Source: Candidatus Omnitrophota bacterium (GTDB lineage: Bacteria; Omnitrophota; Gorgyraeia; Zapsychrales; JBAZNR01). Taken from it: a stretch of 64,000 nucleotides of DNA. The stretch spans positions 719,497 through 783,496 of the forward strand of contig JBAZNR010000001.1 in the NCBI GenBank assembly GCA_041649175.1. The letters are read 5' to 3'. Positions 17,350 to 27,954 of the stretch are shown here, piece by piece. The translations under genes were made by a program, and so were the position numbers. Numbering within the stretch: position 1 is the stretch's first letter; every line of letters begins with the position of its first letter. The notes beneath the pieces were generated by a model, which was not told the DNA's origin, made no database searches, and saw nothing but the letters and a program-made list of their open reading frames with translations.

Positions 17350-18291
17350 TTGACCTCTGACCTTAAAACCAAGCTGTCCCGTTTTCTCGGACGAAACGCC
17401 CTTTTTGTCGCCCGCTGGCTTATTAGCCGCCTGCCGTATTCTGTTTTCAAGTTTTTCCTATCCTGCTTTATCATTGTTGGCCGTCCGCTTCTGATGAATA
17501 AGAAAGGTTTAGTGATGGAAAATCTTCATATTGCTTTTTCAGGAGAAAAAAGCGAGCAGGAGATTAAGAAAATCGCCGAAGATTATTTTAAGAATTTTGG
17601 CTTGGGAATGATCGAGCTTATCTATTTTATTGACCGCCCTGGGGAAGTTTTTAAAAAAGTTTCTATTCAGGGAAAAGACAATCTCGATAAAGTATTAAGC
17701 CAGGGCAAAGGCGCTATTCTTTTGAGCGCGCATATGGGCAATTTTATTTTAATGTATTTGCGCATGGCCATGGAAGGTTATAAAACCAATTGTATTATGC
17801 GCCGCGTGCGCGACAGCCAGTTCGAAGAATACATTTCCAAATTTCGCGACGAAAACGGGATCCAGACGATTTATTCTCTGCCGCCTCGTCAGTGCGTGGT
17901 CAAATCCTTAAAATGCCTGCGGGATAATCAGATCCTTTTTATCATGCTTGACCAGAATTATGGGGATGATGGGCGGGTTTTTGTTGATTTCTTTGGGAAA
18001 CCGGCAGCGACAGCCACAGGCCCGGTTGTTTTTTCACAGCGCTCTCAAGCACCGATCTTGCCTGTTTTTATCGTTCGTGATGGAATCGACGGCTATAAGA
18101 TCATGATCGACCCACCTGTTGAACTAGAAACTGTTTCGCCGCAAGAAGCAGAGCAAGGCGCGCAACAAGTTCTCGTGCGTAATGTTTCCTTGCTAACAAA
18201 AGTTATCCAAAAATATATTTGTCTTTATCCGCAAGAATGGGGCGGATGGATGCATCGGCGCTGGAAGAGCAAGCGCACGGCCGGTGAATAG
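17350..18291 (+). CDS. lipid A biosynthesis (Kdo2-lipid IVA) acyltransferase, LpxL/HtrB family
   Basis: N-terminal membrane anchor, HMGNF (Hx4D/E-like) acyltransferase motif. TTG start. Confidence 0.7.
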   Translation: MTSDLKTKLSRFLGRNALFVARWLISRLPYSVFKFFLSCFIIVGRPLLMNKKGLVMENLHIAFSGEKSEQEIKKIAEDYFKNFGLGMIELIYFIDRPGEVFKKVSIQGKDNLDKVLSQGKGAILLSAHMGNFILMYLRMAMEGYKTNCIMRRVRDSQFEEYISKFRDENGIQTIYSLPPRQCVVKSLKCLRDNQILFIMLDQNYGDDGRVFVDFFGKPAATATGPVVFSQRSQAPILPVFIVRDGIDGYKIMIDPPVELETVSPQEAEQGAQQVLVRNVSLLTKVIQKYICLYPQEWGGWMHRRWKSKRTAGE

Positions 18292-18412
18292 TTTTTAGGG
18301 CTAAGGCGGAATAAAAAAAGACTTTCCGCTGGGAACTTGCCTTAAAGTATGCAAAAATAAGATGAAAGTTTTTCAGAAATCCCCTATAAAAATCCATGGA
18401 ACATAAAAAACG

Positions 18413-19885
18413 ATGAATAATCCTATGCGCACCATTAGCCTTCCTTCCATTGCCCGCCAGGCGATGATCAAATACGGTTTTGAACCCGGGTTTTCCAAAG
18501 CGGTTAATAAAGAAGTTGAAAGGCTCAAAGATCAATTAAAGACCTTGCCGGTGGACAAATCTGTAGAAGATATGCGCTCTTCTCTGTGGTCTTCCATTGA
18601 TAATTCGGATTCTTTAGATCTAGATCAGCTAGAATATTGTGAGCGTTCTTTGCGCGATGAGATCCATGTTTTTGTGGCTATTGCCGATGTGGATACGTAT
18701 ATCCCTAAAAGTTCTGCGATGGACAAGCGCGCCCGTCAGAACGGAACTTCCGTGTACGCGGAAGTAGAAACTTTTCCGATGATCCCCGAAAAACTTTGCA
18801 ACGATCTATCGTCGCTACGCGAAGGAGAAGACCGCCAGGCTGTTGTTGTCGATTTTTTTGTGACCCGCGACGGGCAATTTCGCGCTGGAGATGTCCGCCG
18901 AGCCCTTGTTCATAATAAAGCAAAATTAGTTTATGAACCCTTAGGGGCGTGGTTGGAAGATCAAGGGCCTATTCCGGAAAAAGTTGAGAGCATTGAAGGA
19001 CTGAAAGACCAAATTCTCTTGCAAAATGAAGCCTCACAAAGGCTGAGGAATTTTCGCTTGAGCCAAGGCGCTTTGGAACTAGATACGCTCGAGGCAAAAG
19101 TCTTAATGGAAAATCATGAGGTCAAAGACATTGCTGTAAAGCATTCTAATGCGGCGCGATTTATTATTGAGAATTTTATGATCTCGGCTAATGGGACCAT
19201 GACGAACTTTTTAGAGAAAAATAATTTTCCTTATATTCAAAGAATTTTACGTACGCCAGAACATTGGATCAAAATCGTTGCTTTAGCTTATGATCTAAGC
19301 GATCAATTACCCGAAGAGGCTGATGCTAAGGCATTGTCTGATTTTCTTATTCGCCAGCGAAACCGTAACCCGGACCGTTTTCCTGATTTGTCGCTCGCTG
19401 TTGTTAAATTGCTAGGCCATGCCGAATATGACCTAATCGAGCCGGGAAAAAGAAAAGTAGGGCATTTTGGTTTGGCGGTTAGAAGTTATACGCATTCTAC
19501 AGCTCCTAATCGGCGCTATGTGGATATTGTTTTACAAAGGCTTATCAAGGCCGTTTTAGATAAGAAAAACACACCATATACTAAACTTGAATTGCAAAAT
19601 ATCGCGGATTGGTGCACGGACCGTGATCAATCAGCGAAAAAAGTAGAGCGCTTTATGATCAAGGTGGCCGGCGCCATTCTTTTGCGCGGGCGCATCGGAG
19701 AAGTTTTTGAAGGTATGATCACCGGCGCTTCGGAAAAAGGAACTTATGTCAGGCTTTTTCATCCGCCCGTGGAAGGGCGCGTGATGCGCAATTTTGTCCA
19801 CATGAATGTCGGTAGTAAAGTGCGCGTGCGGTTGACCGGCCTTGACCCTTTAGAAGGACACGTCGATTTTGAAGGCGCTAATTAA
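18413..19885 (+). CDS. RNase II/R family 3'-5' exoribonuclease (RNB domain + C-terminal S1 domain), short form
   Basis: RNB motif HFGLA...YTHSTAPNRRYVDIVLQR. C-terminal S1-like region. Confidence 0.75.
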   Translation: MNNPMRTISLPSIARQAMIKYGFEPGFSKAVNKEVERLKDQLKTLPVDKSVEDMRSSLWSSIDNSDSLDLDQLEYCERSLRDEIHVFVAIADVDTYIPKSSAMDKRARQNGTSVYAEVETFPMIPEKLCNDLSSLREGEDRQAVVVDFFVTRDGQFRAGDVRRALVHNKAKLVYEPLGAWLEDQGPIPEKVESIEGLKDQILLQNEASQRLRNFRLSQGALELDTLEAKVLMENHEVKDIAVKHSNAARFIIENFMISANGTMTNFLEKNNFPYIQRILRTPEHWIKIVALAYDLSDQLPEEADAKALSDFLIRQRNRNPDRFPDLSLAVVKLLGHAEYDLIEPGKRKVGHFGLAVRSYTHSTAPNRRYVDIVLQRLIKAVLDKKNTPYTKLELQNIADWCTDRDQSAKKVERFMIKVAGAILLRGRIGEVFEGMITGASEKGTYVRLFHPPVEGRVMRNFVHMNVGSKVRVRLTGLDPLEGHVDFEGAN

Positions 19886-19894
19886 TTTAAGTCT

Positions 19895-20155
19895 ATGAAT
19901 TGGGATCCGGATACCGATACAAAATTCAAACAGTTGATCGAAAAAATTCCGATTTTTTTACGAGCGGTGGCGCAAGAAAAAGTATCTAATAGAGCAGAGA
20001 ACATTGCTGCTAAAGAAAATCATCTAGAAGTTACCGAAAAAGACCTGGTGGACGCATTTTTTGCTGAGACGCCGTTTGGTTTCCAGGGCCCGCTCAAATG
20101 TGATATGGAAGCGTTAGGAATTGATTATACGAAATACGGATACAGTAATAAATAG
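19895..20155 (+). CDS. small conserved protein, PCP_red-like domain (hypothetical)
   Basis: KIPIFLRAVAQEKVSNRAE...VTEKDLVDAF resembles the small stand-alone PCP_red/DUF-type proteins. Confidence 0.45.
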   Translation: MNWDPDTDTKFKQLIEKIPIFLRAVAQEKVSNRAENIAAKENHLEVTEKDLVDAFFAETPFGFQGPLKCDMEALGIDYTKYGYSNK

Positions 20156-20165
20156 TTCCTTACCC

Positions 20166-21419
20166 TTATCCTATCCGATTTAAATTCTGCGGATCAAATT
20201 TTAATTGTCGAAGTTTTGGTGCAAGACTTGTCGCCAGCATAACAACACCCAACGTTGCCAGTCCTCCCGCCCAAACACAGGGAATAACTCCTATCCAGTG
20301 AGCTACAAGCCCGCTTTCAAAAGCGCCGATCTCATTCGATGCTCCGATAAAGATCCAGCTGACTGAGGCGATGCGCCCGCGCATATGTTCAGGCGAAAGA
20401 AGCCGGACGATAGACCGTCGAATGATCATGCTGACTCCGTCGAATATACCGCTCAAGAAAAGGCACACCAGAGATAAGTAAAAATCTTTTGAGAATGCGA
20501 AAACGATCATGGTGATCCCGAAACCTGTTACGCAAAAGATCAGGTTGCGTCCCGCGTGGCGAATGGGAGGATGCTTGGTGGAGATAACCATAATGATCAA
20601 TGCTCCGGCGGCGGTAGCGGCGTTTAAAAGCCCCAAGCCTTTGGCTCCGACGTGTAAAATATCGGTGGCAAAAATGGGCAAAAGCGCGATCTGTCCGCCA
20701 AAAAGTACGGCAAATAAATCTAGTGACATTGAGCCGACCAGAGCCTGTTCCTTAAAAACAAACTTTAGTCCTAAGCTGATGCTTTGGAAAAGAGATTCAT
20801 TTTTAGGTATTACCGGCCTTGGCTTAGGAGCAATAAATACCATACAGATCCAAGAAAGAATAAAGAGTATTCCTATAATGAAGTAGGTATTAACGATCCC
20901 GAAGCCGTCGTATAAAAATCCTACGCCGGCCGGCCCGATAATCGAACAAGAAAGCCAGGTGCTGGCGATCCAGGATGCGGCATTGACAGTTAGTTCTTTG
21001 GGAACAACTTGTGCCTCCATAGCGGTGGAGGCTGGGTCGGAAAAACCGCGCGCGATTCCCGCTAAAAATATAACGCTATAAAGTCCCATCAAACTTGTTT
21101 GCCCTGGATCAGAAGAAATAAATGCCAAAAGAAACGCGCAAAGAGTTGAAACTCCTCGGGTAATAAGAAGAATTTTTCTCCGGTCAACGCGGTCGGCAAC
21201 ATGTCCGCCAAAAAGTGCCAAAGAAATGGCCGGAATTGCTTCAACTAATCCTAAGATGCCAAGAGCCAAAGCGCTATGCGTTAATTGGTAAATTTGTAAA
21301 CCAATGATAACAACGAGGGCGCGGTTGGCTAATGTAAAAAATCCCACGGTACCGATAAAAAAACGGATTTCAGGGATCTTAAAAATGACAAAACTTTGTG
21401 TGTTCTGGGGATTGTTCAT
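20166..21419 (-). CDS. MFS transporter
   Basis: 12-helix pattern and a GxxxDRxGRR-like motif (GGHVADRVDRRK). Confidence 0.8.
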   Translation of the reverse strand: MNNPQNTQSFVIFKIPEIRFFIGTVGFFTLANRALVVIIGLQIYQLTHSALALGILGLVEAIPAISLALFGGHVADRVDRRKILLITRGVSTLCAFLLAFISSDPGQTSLMGLYSVIFLAGIARGFSDPASTAMEAQVVPKELTVNAASWIASTWLSCSIIGPAGVGFLYDGFGIVNTYFIIGILFILSWICMVFIAPKPRPVIPKNESLFQSISLGLKFVFKEQALVGSMSLDLFAVLFGGQIALLPIFATDILHVGAKGLGLLNAATAAGALIIMVISTKHPPIRHAGRNLIFCVTGFGITMIVFAFSKDFYLSLVCLFLSGIFDGVSMIIRRSIVRLLSPEHMRGRIASVSWIFIGASNEIGAFESGLVAHWIGVIPCVWAGGLATLGVVMLATSLAPKLRQLKFDPQNLNRIG

Positions 21420-21594
21420 AGGTTTTTCTAGATTGTGGGACCTAAATGAAACTCTACGACCTTATGGCCGTAGATTTATAAGGCGAATAATTGTTAGCAA
21501 TTTAATATAGGAATAAAGGTTTGTCAATCATTCTCACAAAAGTGACGACGATTTATATTTGTATTTATCTTTTTTTCAAGTAGAATAAGCCATT

Positions 21595-22851
21595 ATGAAA
21601 CGTATTAATTCCTTTATTTTTATTCTTTTCTTTGTTTTAATTCCGACGGTCGTCTCGTCCCAGCCGGAAGATTCTCCCACTCTTACGGATTGTTATCAAT
21701 TAGCTCTTAAACAAAGCGAAACGGTTGCCATCAACCAAGAGGCCATTCGTGAAGCGCAGGCGCGTTTTGGGCAGGCGCTAAGCACTATTTTGCCGCGTGC
21801 CTCGTATTCCTATTCTCAAAAATGGGAAGACGCGGGAGGTTCGTCTTCCCGGGAAACTCCCGAAGGGAAATTTACTTTCAGTCAGCCGCTTTTTACCGGA
21901 TTTAAAGAATTTGCCGCGATCGCTGCGGGGCGTTCAGAGAAAAAGCAACGCCAACACGAGCTTAAGCGCGCCAAACAACTTCTCTTTAAAGACGTAGCGG
22001 ACGCGTTTTATTTCTATTTAAATTATCAACAGGATATTGAAACGCTGGAAAGCATTCGCGCGGTTCTTGCCGATCGCCGCGTTGAATTGGTCAAGCGCGA
22101 AGAATTGGGACGGTCGCGGTTAAGTGAAATTGCCAGCGTTGACGCGCGCATTAGCCGCGTGGAAGCGGATATTGAAGAAGTAAAAGGCGAAAAGGATGTT
22201 GCCGCGCAACTGCTGGCGTTTTTAACCGGAAGTACTTTTGAAGTAGTGAATGATGATCGCGGCGTTATTCAAGAATTAAAACCTTTAAGCGAGTATGAAT
22301 CATATACTGAAAATCGTCCCGATGTTTTAGCGGAGCATGAAGCTTTTATCCAAGCTAAAAAAAATATTACGATCGAGCGTTCAAAATATTGGCCGACGGT
22401 GGAAGCGAAGGGAAATCAATACACCAAGCGTGTCGGAAGTTCTAAAGATATTGATTGGGACGCGACACTTAGTGTGGATGTCCCGCTTTTTGAAGGCGGC
22501 GAAACAGCCGGGGCCGTGCGCGAGGCCCGCTCGCAGGCAAAACAAGAGCAGCTTAAGTTTGAGCAGGTCAAACGTAGCGCTCTTTTGGATATCCAAAATT
22601 CTTATAGTCAGCTTCAATCTTCTATTCGGCGTTACCAGGCGATCAGTAAAGCTTTAGATGCGGCACAGAAAAATTATGATCTTCAGTTGGAAGATTTTCG
22701 TGTTAACTTAGTCAGCAATTTGGATATTTTGCAAGTTTTAGAAGATCTGCAAGACAGCCGGCGGGATCATATTGCCATTCAAAATGAAATGAAACGGCGT
22801 TATTGGCAATTTCAAGTTTCTTTAGGGAAGGCCTTTGATGATACTTTCTGA
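21595..22851 (+). CDS. outer membrane efflux protein (TolC/OMF family)
   Basis: Signal peptide and two OEP repeats. 418 aa. Confidence 0.8.
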   Translation: MKRINSFIFILFFVLIPTVVSSQPEDSPTLTDCYQLALKQSETVAINQEAIREAQARFGQALSTILPRASYSYSQKWEDAGGSSSRETPEGKFTFSQPLFTGFKEFAAIAAGRSEKKQRQHELKRAKQLLFKDVADAFYFYLNYQQDIETLESIRAVLADRRVELVKREELGRSRLSEIASVDARISRVEADIEEVKGEKDVAAQLLAFLTGSTFEVVNDDRGVIQELKPLSEYESYTENRPDVLAEHEAFIQAKKNITIERSKYWPTVEAKGNQYTKRVGSSKDIDWDATLSVDVPLFEGGETAGAVREARSQAKQEQLKFEQVKRSALLDIQNSYSQLQSSIRRYQAISKALDAAQKNYDLQLEDFRVNLVSNLDILQVLEDLQDSRRDHIAIQNEMKRRYWQFQVSLGKAFDDTF

Positions 22852-25800
22852 TATCTCTATTCGTCGCCCTGTATTTGCCTGGATGCTTATGCTGGGATTG
22901 ATGTTTTTTGGTTATATTTCCTTCGGGCGTTTAGGTGTCGGCCGTATGCCGGATGTTGATTTTCCTGTTGCTAACATTCGTGTTTCTTGGGAAGGGGCCG
23001 CGCCCGAAGTCATGGAAACGGATGTTGTCGATGTTGTCGAAGATGCGGTTACAGGCATTCAAGGAATAAGAGAAATTAATTCTAGCGTTCGCCAAGGGCA
23101 AGCCTCGGTGACAGTCGAATTTGATATTGACCGCAATATTGATGTCGCTATTCAGGAAATTCAAACAAAACTTTCCCAAGCGCAGCGCCAGCTTCCGCGC
23201 GATATGGATCCGCCAACGGTTTCAAAAAGTAACCCCGAAGATCAGCCGATCATGTGGATCACGGTTACCGCCGATGGCATGCCCCTGCGGGCTCTTATGG
23301 ATTATGTCCAAAATTATCTAGAAGACCGATTTACGACGATCAAAGGCGTGGGCGAAGTTTTCTTAGGCGGATTTTCAGATCGAAATCTACGTGTTTGGAT
23401 CGATGCCGAAAAACTTACCGCTTATGAAATGACCGTTCAGGATGTGATCGGTGCCATCGAGCGCGGCCATAGTGAAGTTCCGGCGGGACGCCTGGAAACA
23501 TCATCTCAAGAATTTAGTGTTCGGGCGATGGGAGAAGCGCTTAATACGGAAGAATTTGGCAACATCATTATCCTGCAGCGCGGCGGACGGCCGGTCTACA
23601 AGCCCATTTATTTAAAAGATGTTACCACTATTGAAGACGGGTTGGCGGATGTGCGGCGCATTTCCCGACGAGACGGTGTTCAAACCGTTGGGATCGGTAT
23701 TCGTAAACAACGCGGGTCTAATGAAGTTGATGTGGGGCGAAGGGTCTTAGAGCGTTTAGCGGAAGTTCAAAAAGAATCTCCTGAAGGGATCAAGGTCGAG
23801 CTTAACGTTAATCGGGTGAGATTTGTTGAACAATCCATGCATGAGCTAACGTTCACCCTTATTTTGTCGGCGATCATCACCTCTCTTATCTGTTGGCTCT
23901 TCTTAGGGTCAATATCGGCAACGCTCAATATTCTTTTGGCTATTCCTACGTCGATCTTAGGAACGTTTATTGTTATTAATTTCTTCGGGTTTACGCTTAA
24001 TACCTTTACCATGCTGGCTCTTTCTTTGGCGATCGGTATTGTGGTGGATGATGCCATTATGGTTCTGGAAAATATTGTGCGTTACCGTGAGAAAGGGCAT
24101 AATCCGACGGAAGCTGCTAGTCTGGGTGCCAGGCAAATCACCTTTGCGGCCATGGCGACGACGTTTGCCGTCATTGCTATTTTCCTTCCCGTGGCCTTTA
24201 TGAAAGGGATCATCGGAAAATTCTTTTATCAGTTCGGCGTTACGCTATCTGTTGCTGTTGCTATTTCGCTTTTAGAGGCCCTCACTTTTACGCCGATGCG
24301 ATGCGCGCAATTCTTGCAGATCAAGGAACACCAAAGTTTTGTCGGTAAAGCTGTTGAAACAGGTTTTCGGCGTTTGGCTGAGCTTTACCGTAAGCAGCTT
24401 GCCTGGTCTTTATCGCATCGCGCTATTGTTATCATTGTTTCGTTCAGTTTATTTCTTGCCTCGCTTGGAATAGCGAAGATCTTACGAAAAGAATTTATTC
24501 CATCCCAAGACCAGAGCATGTTTTTCTGCCGCCTGCAAGCGCCGGTGGGATCTTCCATTGAGTTTACAGATCAGAAGTTTCGTGAAGCAGAAAAGATCAT
24601 TACAGCTCGCCCCGAGGTTTTGCGGTATTTCACGGCCGTGGGCGGTTTTGGCGGAGGAGAGGTGAACAGCGGGCAGATCTTTGTAACGCTAAAAGATCCT
24701 AAAGATCGTCCGGTACTTGATCCTTTTAAAAGGCGTCCAACACATCAGGATATGATGGATTATTTTCGAAAAGAACTGAAAAAAATATCTGATGTAAAGG
24801 TAAGCATCCAGGATCCGTCTTTGGGCGGCCTGGCGTCTTCGCGGGGATATCCGGTGGATATGACGTTGGTTGGCCGCAGTTGGAATAAATTAACCGAATT
24901 AAGCGAAGCGATCGAGACCAAAATGAAAGAAAACCCGCTACTTACGGATGTTGATACGAATTACGAAGAGGGCGCAACAGAAGTCCGTATTTTTCCTGAT
25001 CGCCAAAAAGCCAGCGAACGCGGGGTCAGCATTGATGAGATCGGACAGACGATCAATGCGTTAATTGCCGGAGAACGTGTGGCGAAGTATACACAAGGCG
25101 GACGCCGTTATGATGTGCGGGTGCGCCTTATCCCTTCGCAACGTACGCAAATAGAGGATATTGAGAATTTATGGCTTTGGAACAATCATGGAGAATTAGT
25201 TCAGCTAAAAGATGTGATCACAGTTTCATCGAAAAAAACCACCACCACGATTACGCGCAAAGACCGGGAGCGTGCTATTGCGCTTCGGGCCAACGTGAAA
25301 CAAGGCGCTTCTCAGTCCGACGCTATTGCGGCGGCGCATAAGATCGCGAAAGATATTCTGCCGGAAGGATACCGTATTGAAGCGGGTGGTAGCACGCAAA
25401 CTTACCGCGAGTCCTTTGAAAGCCTCTATCTTGTTTTGTGGTTAGGAATTATTATTGCCTATATGGTTTTAGCGTCGCAATTTAACAGTTATATCGATCC
25501 CGTTACGATTCTATTGGCTCTGCCTTTCAGCATTTCAGGCGCGTTTTTAGGATTATGGATCGCTAATCAATCGATCAATATCTACAGTTTTATTGGGATC
25601 GTGCTCTTGATGGGGATCGTGAAGAAAAATTCTATTTTGATCGTGGAATTCACTAATCAATTGCGCGCGCAAGGCCGTTCTGTTACGGAAGCGCTTTTGG
25701 AAGCGGGAAGTGTGCGGTTGCGCCCGATCTTCATGACTTCGTTCGCGACCATTGCCGCGGCTTTGGCTCCGGCTTTGTCTTTGGGGCCCGGCTCAGAAGT

Positions 25801-25945
25801 ATTGCGCCCGATGGCGGTAACTGTTATTGGAGGAGTTATTGTTTCAACAGCGTTAACAGTTTTTGTTATTCCTTGTGTGTATTCTTTGTTTGCCAGATTT
25901 GAGCACAAGAAACTTAAGGCAACTGCCGAGGAACTTCCGGTTTAA
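22835..25945 (+). CDS. RND efflux transporter (AcrB/HAE1-like)
   Basis: 1036 aa, 12 TM helices with two large periplasmic loops. Overlaps the OMF gene by 17 nt. Confidence 0.85.
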   Translation: MMILSDISIRRPVFAWMLMLGLMFFGYISFGRLGVGRMPDVDFPVANIRVSWEGAAPEVMETDVVDVVEDAVTGIQGIREINSSVRQGQASVTVEFDIDRNIDVAIQEIQTKLSQAQRQLPRDMDPPTVSKSNPEDQPIMWITVTADGMPLRALMDYVQNYLEDRFTTIKGVGEVFLGGFSDRNLRVWIDAEKLTAYEMTVQDVIGAIERGHSEVPAGRLETSSQEFSVRAMGEALNTEEFGNIIILQRGGRPVYKPIYLKDVTTIEDGLADVRRISRRDGVQTVGIGIRKQRGSNEVDVGRRVLERLAEVQKESPEGIKVELNVNRVRFVEQSMHELTFTLILSAIITSLICWLFLGSISATLNILLAIPTSILGTFIVINFFGFTLNTFTMLALSLAIGIVVDDAIMVLENIVRYREKGHNPTEAASLGARQITFAAMATTFAVIAIFLPVAFMKGIIGKFFYQFGVTLSVAVAISLLEALTFTPMRCAQFLQIKEHQSFVGKAVETGFRRLAELYRKQLAWSLSHRAIVIIVSFSLFLASLGIAKILRKEFIPSQDQSMFFCRLQAPVGSSIEFTDQKFREAEKIITARPEVLRYFTAVGGFGGGEVNSGQIFVTLKDPKDRPVLDPFKRRPTHQDMMDYFRKELKKISDVKVSIQDPSLGGLASSRGYPVDMTLVGRSWNKLTELSEAIETKMKENPLLTDVDTNYEEGATEVRIFPDRQKASERGVSIDEIGQTINALIAGERVAKYTQGGRRYDVRVRLIPSQRTQIEDIENLWLWNNHGELVQLKDVITVSSKKTTTTITRKDRERAIALRANVKQGASQSDAIAAAHKIAKDILPEGYRIEAGGSTQTYRESFESLYLVLWLGIIIAYMVLASQFNSYIDPVTILLALPFSISGAFLGLWIANQSINIYSFIGIVLLMGIVKKNSILIVEFTNQLRAQGRSVTEALLEAGSVRLRPIFMTSFATIAAALAPALSLGPGSEVLRPMAVTVIGGVIVSTALTVFVIPCVYSLFARFEHKKLKATAEELPV

Positions 25946-25966
25946 AATTTTCTAGCGGGCAATGAT

Positions 25967-26203
25967 CTATTGTTCAGTGATGAAAGCGCGGATACGTTTA
26001 CCGTTATGATGGGCATTGCCTAAAACACAAATATCGCGGCATTGGACTGACAGCTCAGCGCCCAGTGTTTCAACTAGATCAACTTCTTTCCATTTTCCCG
26101 TTGCTTCGATCAAAGACAGGGCGGTTTTTTGAATATCTTTCTCAGAAGCAGAAGGTAAGTTTTTCTTGAGGATGTCTTCTATTTCCGTCAGGGTTAATAC
26201 CAT
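25967..26203 (-). CDS. hypothetical 78-aa protein
   Basis: ORF only, convergent with the RND gene. Confidence 0.4.
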   Translation of the reverse strand: MVLTLTEIEDILKKNLPSASEKDIQKTALSLIEATGKWKEVDLVETLGAELSVQCRDICVLGNAHHNGKRIRAFITEQ

Positions 26204-26418
26204 AGGTGCTCCTCTCTTTTGAATAAATGATCAGCATTTTTTATTGATTTATTTTATCATAAAATCTTTAAAGTTATTTGAAATCTTGACTTCAAACCTG
26301 GTTGGAACAAAAAGATTTTGTTGTCACCTAAAAACAAAGATAATATAATAAAACGCTATTTAACAAAGAAGAATCCTTTTGAACTATATAAAAATGACAC
26401 ATCAATTTATCTAAAATA

Positions 26419-27750
26419 ATGTCAAAACCTTTACCTCAAGAACTGCGCATTTTACTTCCGGAAGATCTTAAGCCCGTTGGATCCTTGAAAGAATACGAAA
26501 ATTTAGGCGGATTATCCGGCTTAAAGAAAGCTCGCGCGATGAAGCCATTGGATGTGATCGCCGAGGTCAAGGCTTCTAAACTGCGCGGACGCGGCGGCGC
26601 CGGATTTCCGGCGGCTTTAAAATGGGAAACCACCGTTCATGATCCAAGTCCTAATAAATATCTTGTCTGCAACGGATCCGAGGGCGAGCCGGGGACGTTT
26701 AAAGACCGATATTTGTTGAGAAAAAATCCTTACAAACTTTTAGAAGGACTTTTGATTGCCGCTCATGCGATTGGCGCCAAAGAAGTTTTTATCGGTTTAA
26801 AAGAGAAATTTACTCTTGAGGTCGAACGTGTTCGGAGCGCTCTTAAGGAAATGGAGCAGGCAGGAATTGCGCCGGCCGGATATATTAATATTGTCTTAGG
26901 CCCCGATGAATACCTTTTTGGGGAAGAAAAAGCTCTTCTGGAAGTGATTGACGGGCGAGGCGCTTTGCCGAGAATTTTCCCGCCGTATATGCAAGGCGTA
27001 CGTTTCACGCCGACCGACTATAATCCGACGGTCGTTAATAATGTTGAGACCATGAGCCACTTGCCGAATATTTTATCTAAGGGCGCGGATTGGTTTAAGA
27101 CGATTGGAAGCGCGGACACGCCGGGAACGATGATCTTTACCTTATGCGGTGATGTGAAAAATCCCGGCATGTATGAACTTCCACTAGGAACACCTTTAAA
27201 AGTTTTGTTAGAAGATATCGGCGGCGGGCCTAAAGATAAAAAATATCCCATCAAGGCTGTTTATTCGGGCGTGGCTAATCGTGTTATCACATCGGAACAA
27301 TTCGCAACGCCACTTGATTTTGGATCCATGCGTTCTGCCGGAAGCGGACTGGGTTCAGCCGGATTTTTTGTTTATGATGAAAGTGTTTGTATTGTGCATG
27401 CGCTGTTACGTTTATCGGAGTTTTTAGCGAAAGAATCTTGCGGCCAATGCCAACCTTGCAATATGGGTTGCCGGATCATTACCAATCATTTACGCCGCAT
27501 TGAGGAAGGCTATGGCACCAAAGATGATCTGGACGCTATTTCTCATGAATGCGGAAAGATCACCAATCAAACACGCTGTTTTCTTCCCGTGGAAGAAGCT
27601 GCTTTAGTTTCCAGCACTATTCAAAAATTTTCTAAGGAATTTGAATCCCATTTAGGAAAAACTTGCCCACACTCCCGCGTTCCATTCTTGCCCAAAATCA
27701 TCGATTTTGATGAGTATTCAAAAGTTTTTAAATTTGATGATAAAGGTTAG
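26419..27750 (+). CDS. NuoF-like NADH-binding 51-kDa flavoprotein (orphan, not in nuo operon)
   Basis: GRGGAGFPAALKW (NADH/FMN site), CNGSEGEPGTFKDR, ESCGQCQPCNMG (4Fe-4S N3). Confidence 0.8.
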   Translation: MSKPLPQELRILLPEDLKPVGSLKEYENLGGLSGLKKARAMKPLDVIAEVKASKLRGRGGAGFPAALKWETTVHDPSPNKYLVCNGSEGEPGTFKDRYLLRKNPYKLLEGLLIAAHAIGAKEVFIGLKEKFTLEVERVRSALKEMEQAGIAPAGYINIVLGPDEYLFGEEKALLEVIDGRGALPRIFPPYMQGVRFTPTDYNPTVVNNVETMSHLPNILSKGADWFKTIGSADTPGTMIFTLCGDVKNPGMYELPLGTPLKVLLEDIGGGPKDKKYPIKAVYSGVANRVITSEQFATPLDFGSMRSAGSGLGSAGFFVYDESVCIVHALLRLSEFLAKESCGQCQPCNMGCRIITNHLRRIEEGYGTKDDLDAISHECGKITNQTRCFLPVEEAALVSSTIQKFSKEFESHLGKTCPHSRVPFLPKIIDFDEYSKVFKFDDKG

Positions 27751-27954
27751 ATAAAACAATTATTTAATCTCGATTCAATAGCGTTGACTTTATGATGCAG
27801 CGCCTTCATCTTTTATTCTCGTCGCTAAAGGAAGATAGAAAACAAAGGCCGCATCTTATTTTAAATTTGTAAAAAAAATACTTTCTGCTACAATAGCAGC
27901 AGAAAATGTATTTTGAGATGTTTTGATAAGGAATAAGTGAAGGAGCGTGAAGAG

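Noticed and set aside
22931-23179. Antisense/internal ORFs inside large genes (e.g. 22931-23179, 53477-54037, 34211-34804, 10821-11282, 3034-3297, 1020-1271)
   Set aside because: They are fully embedded in well-supported longer ORFs on the opposite strand or in another frame. No domain signatures.
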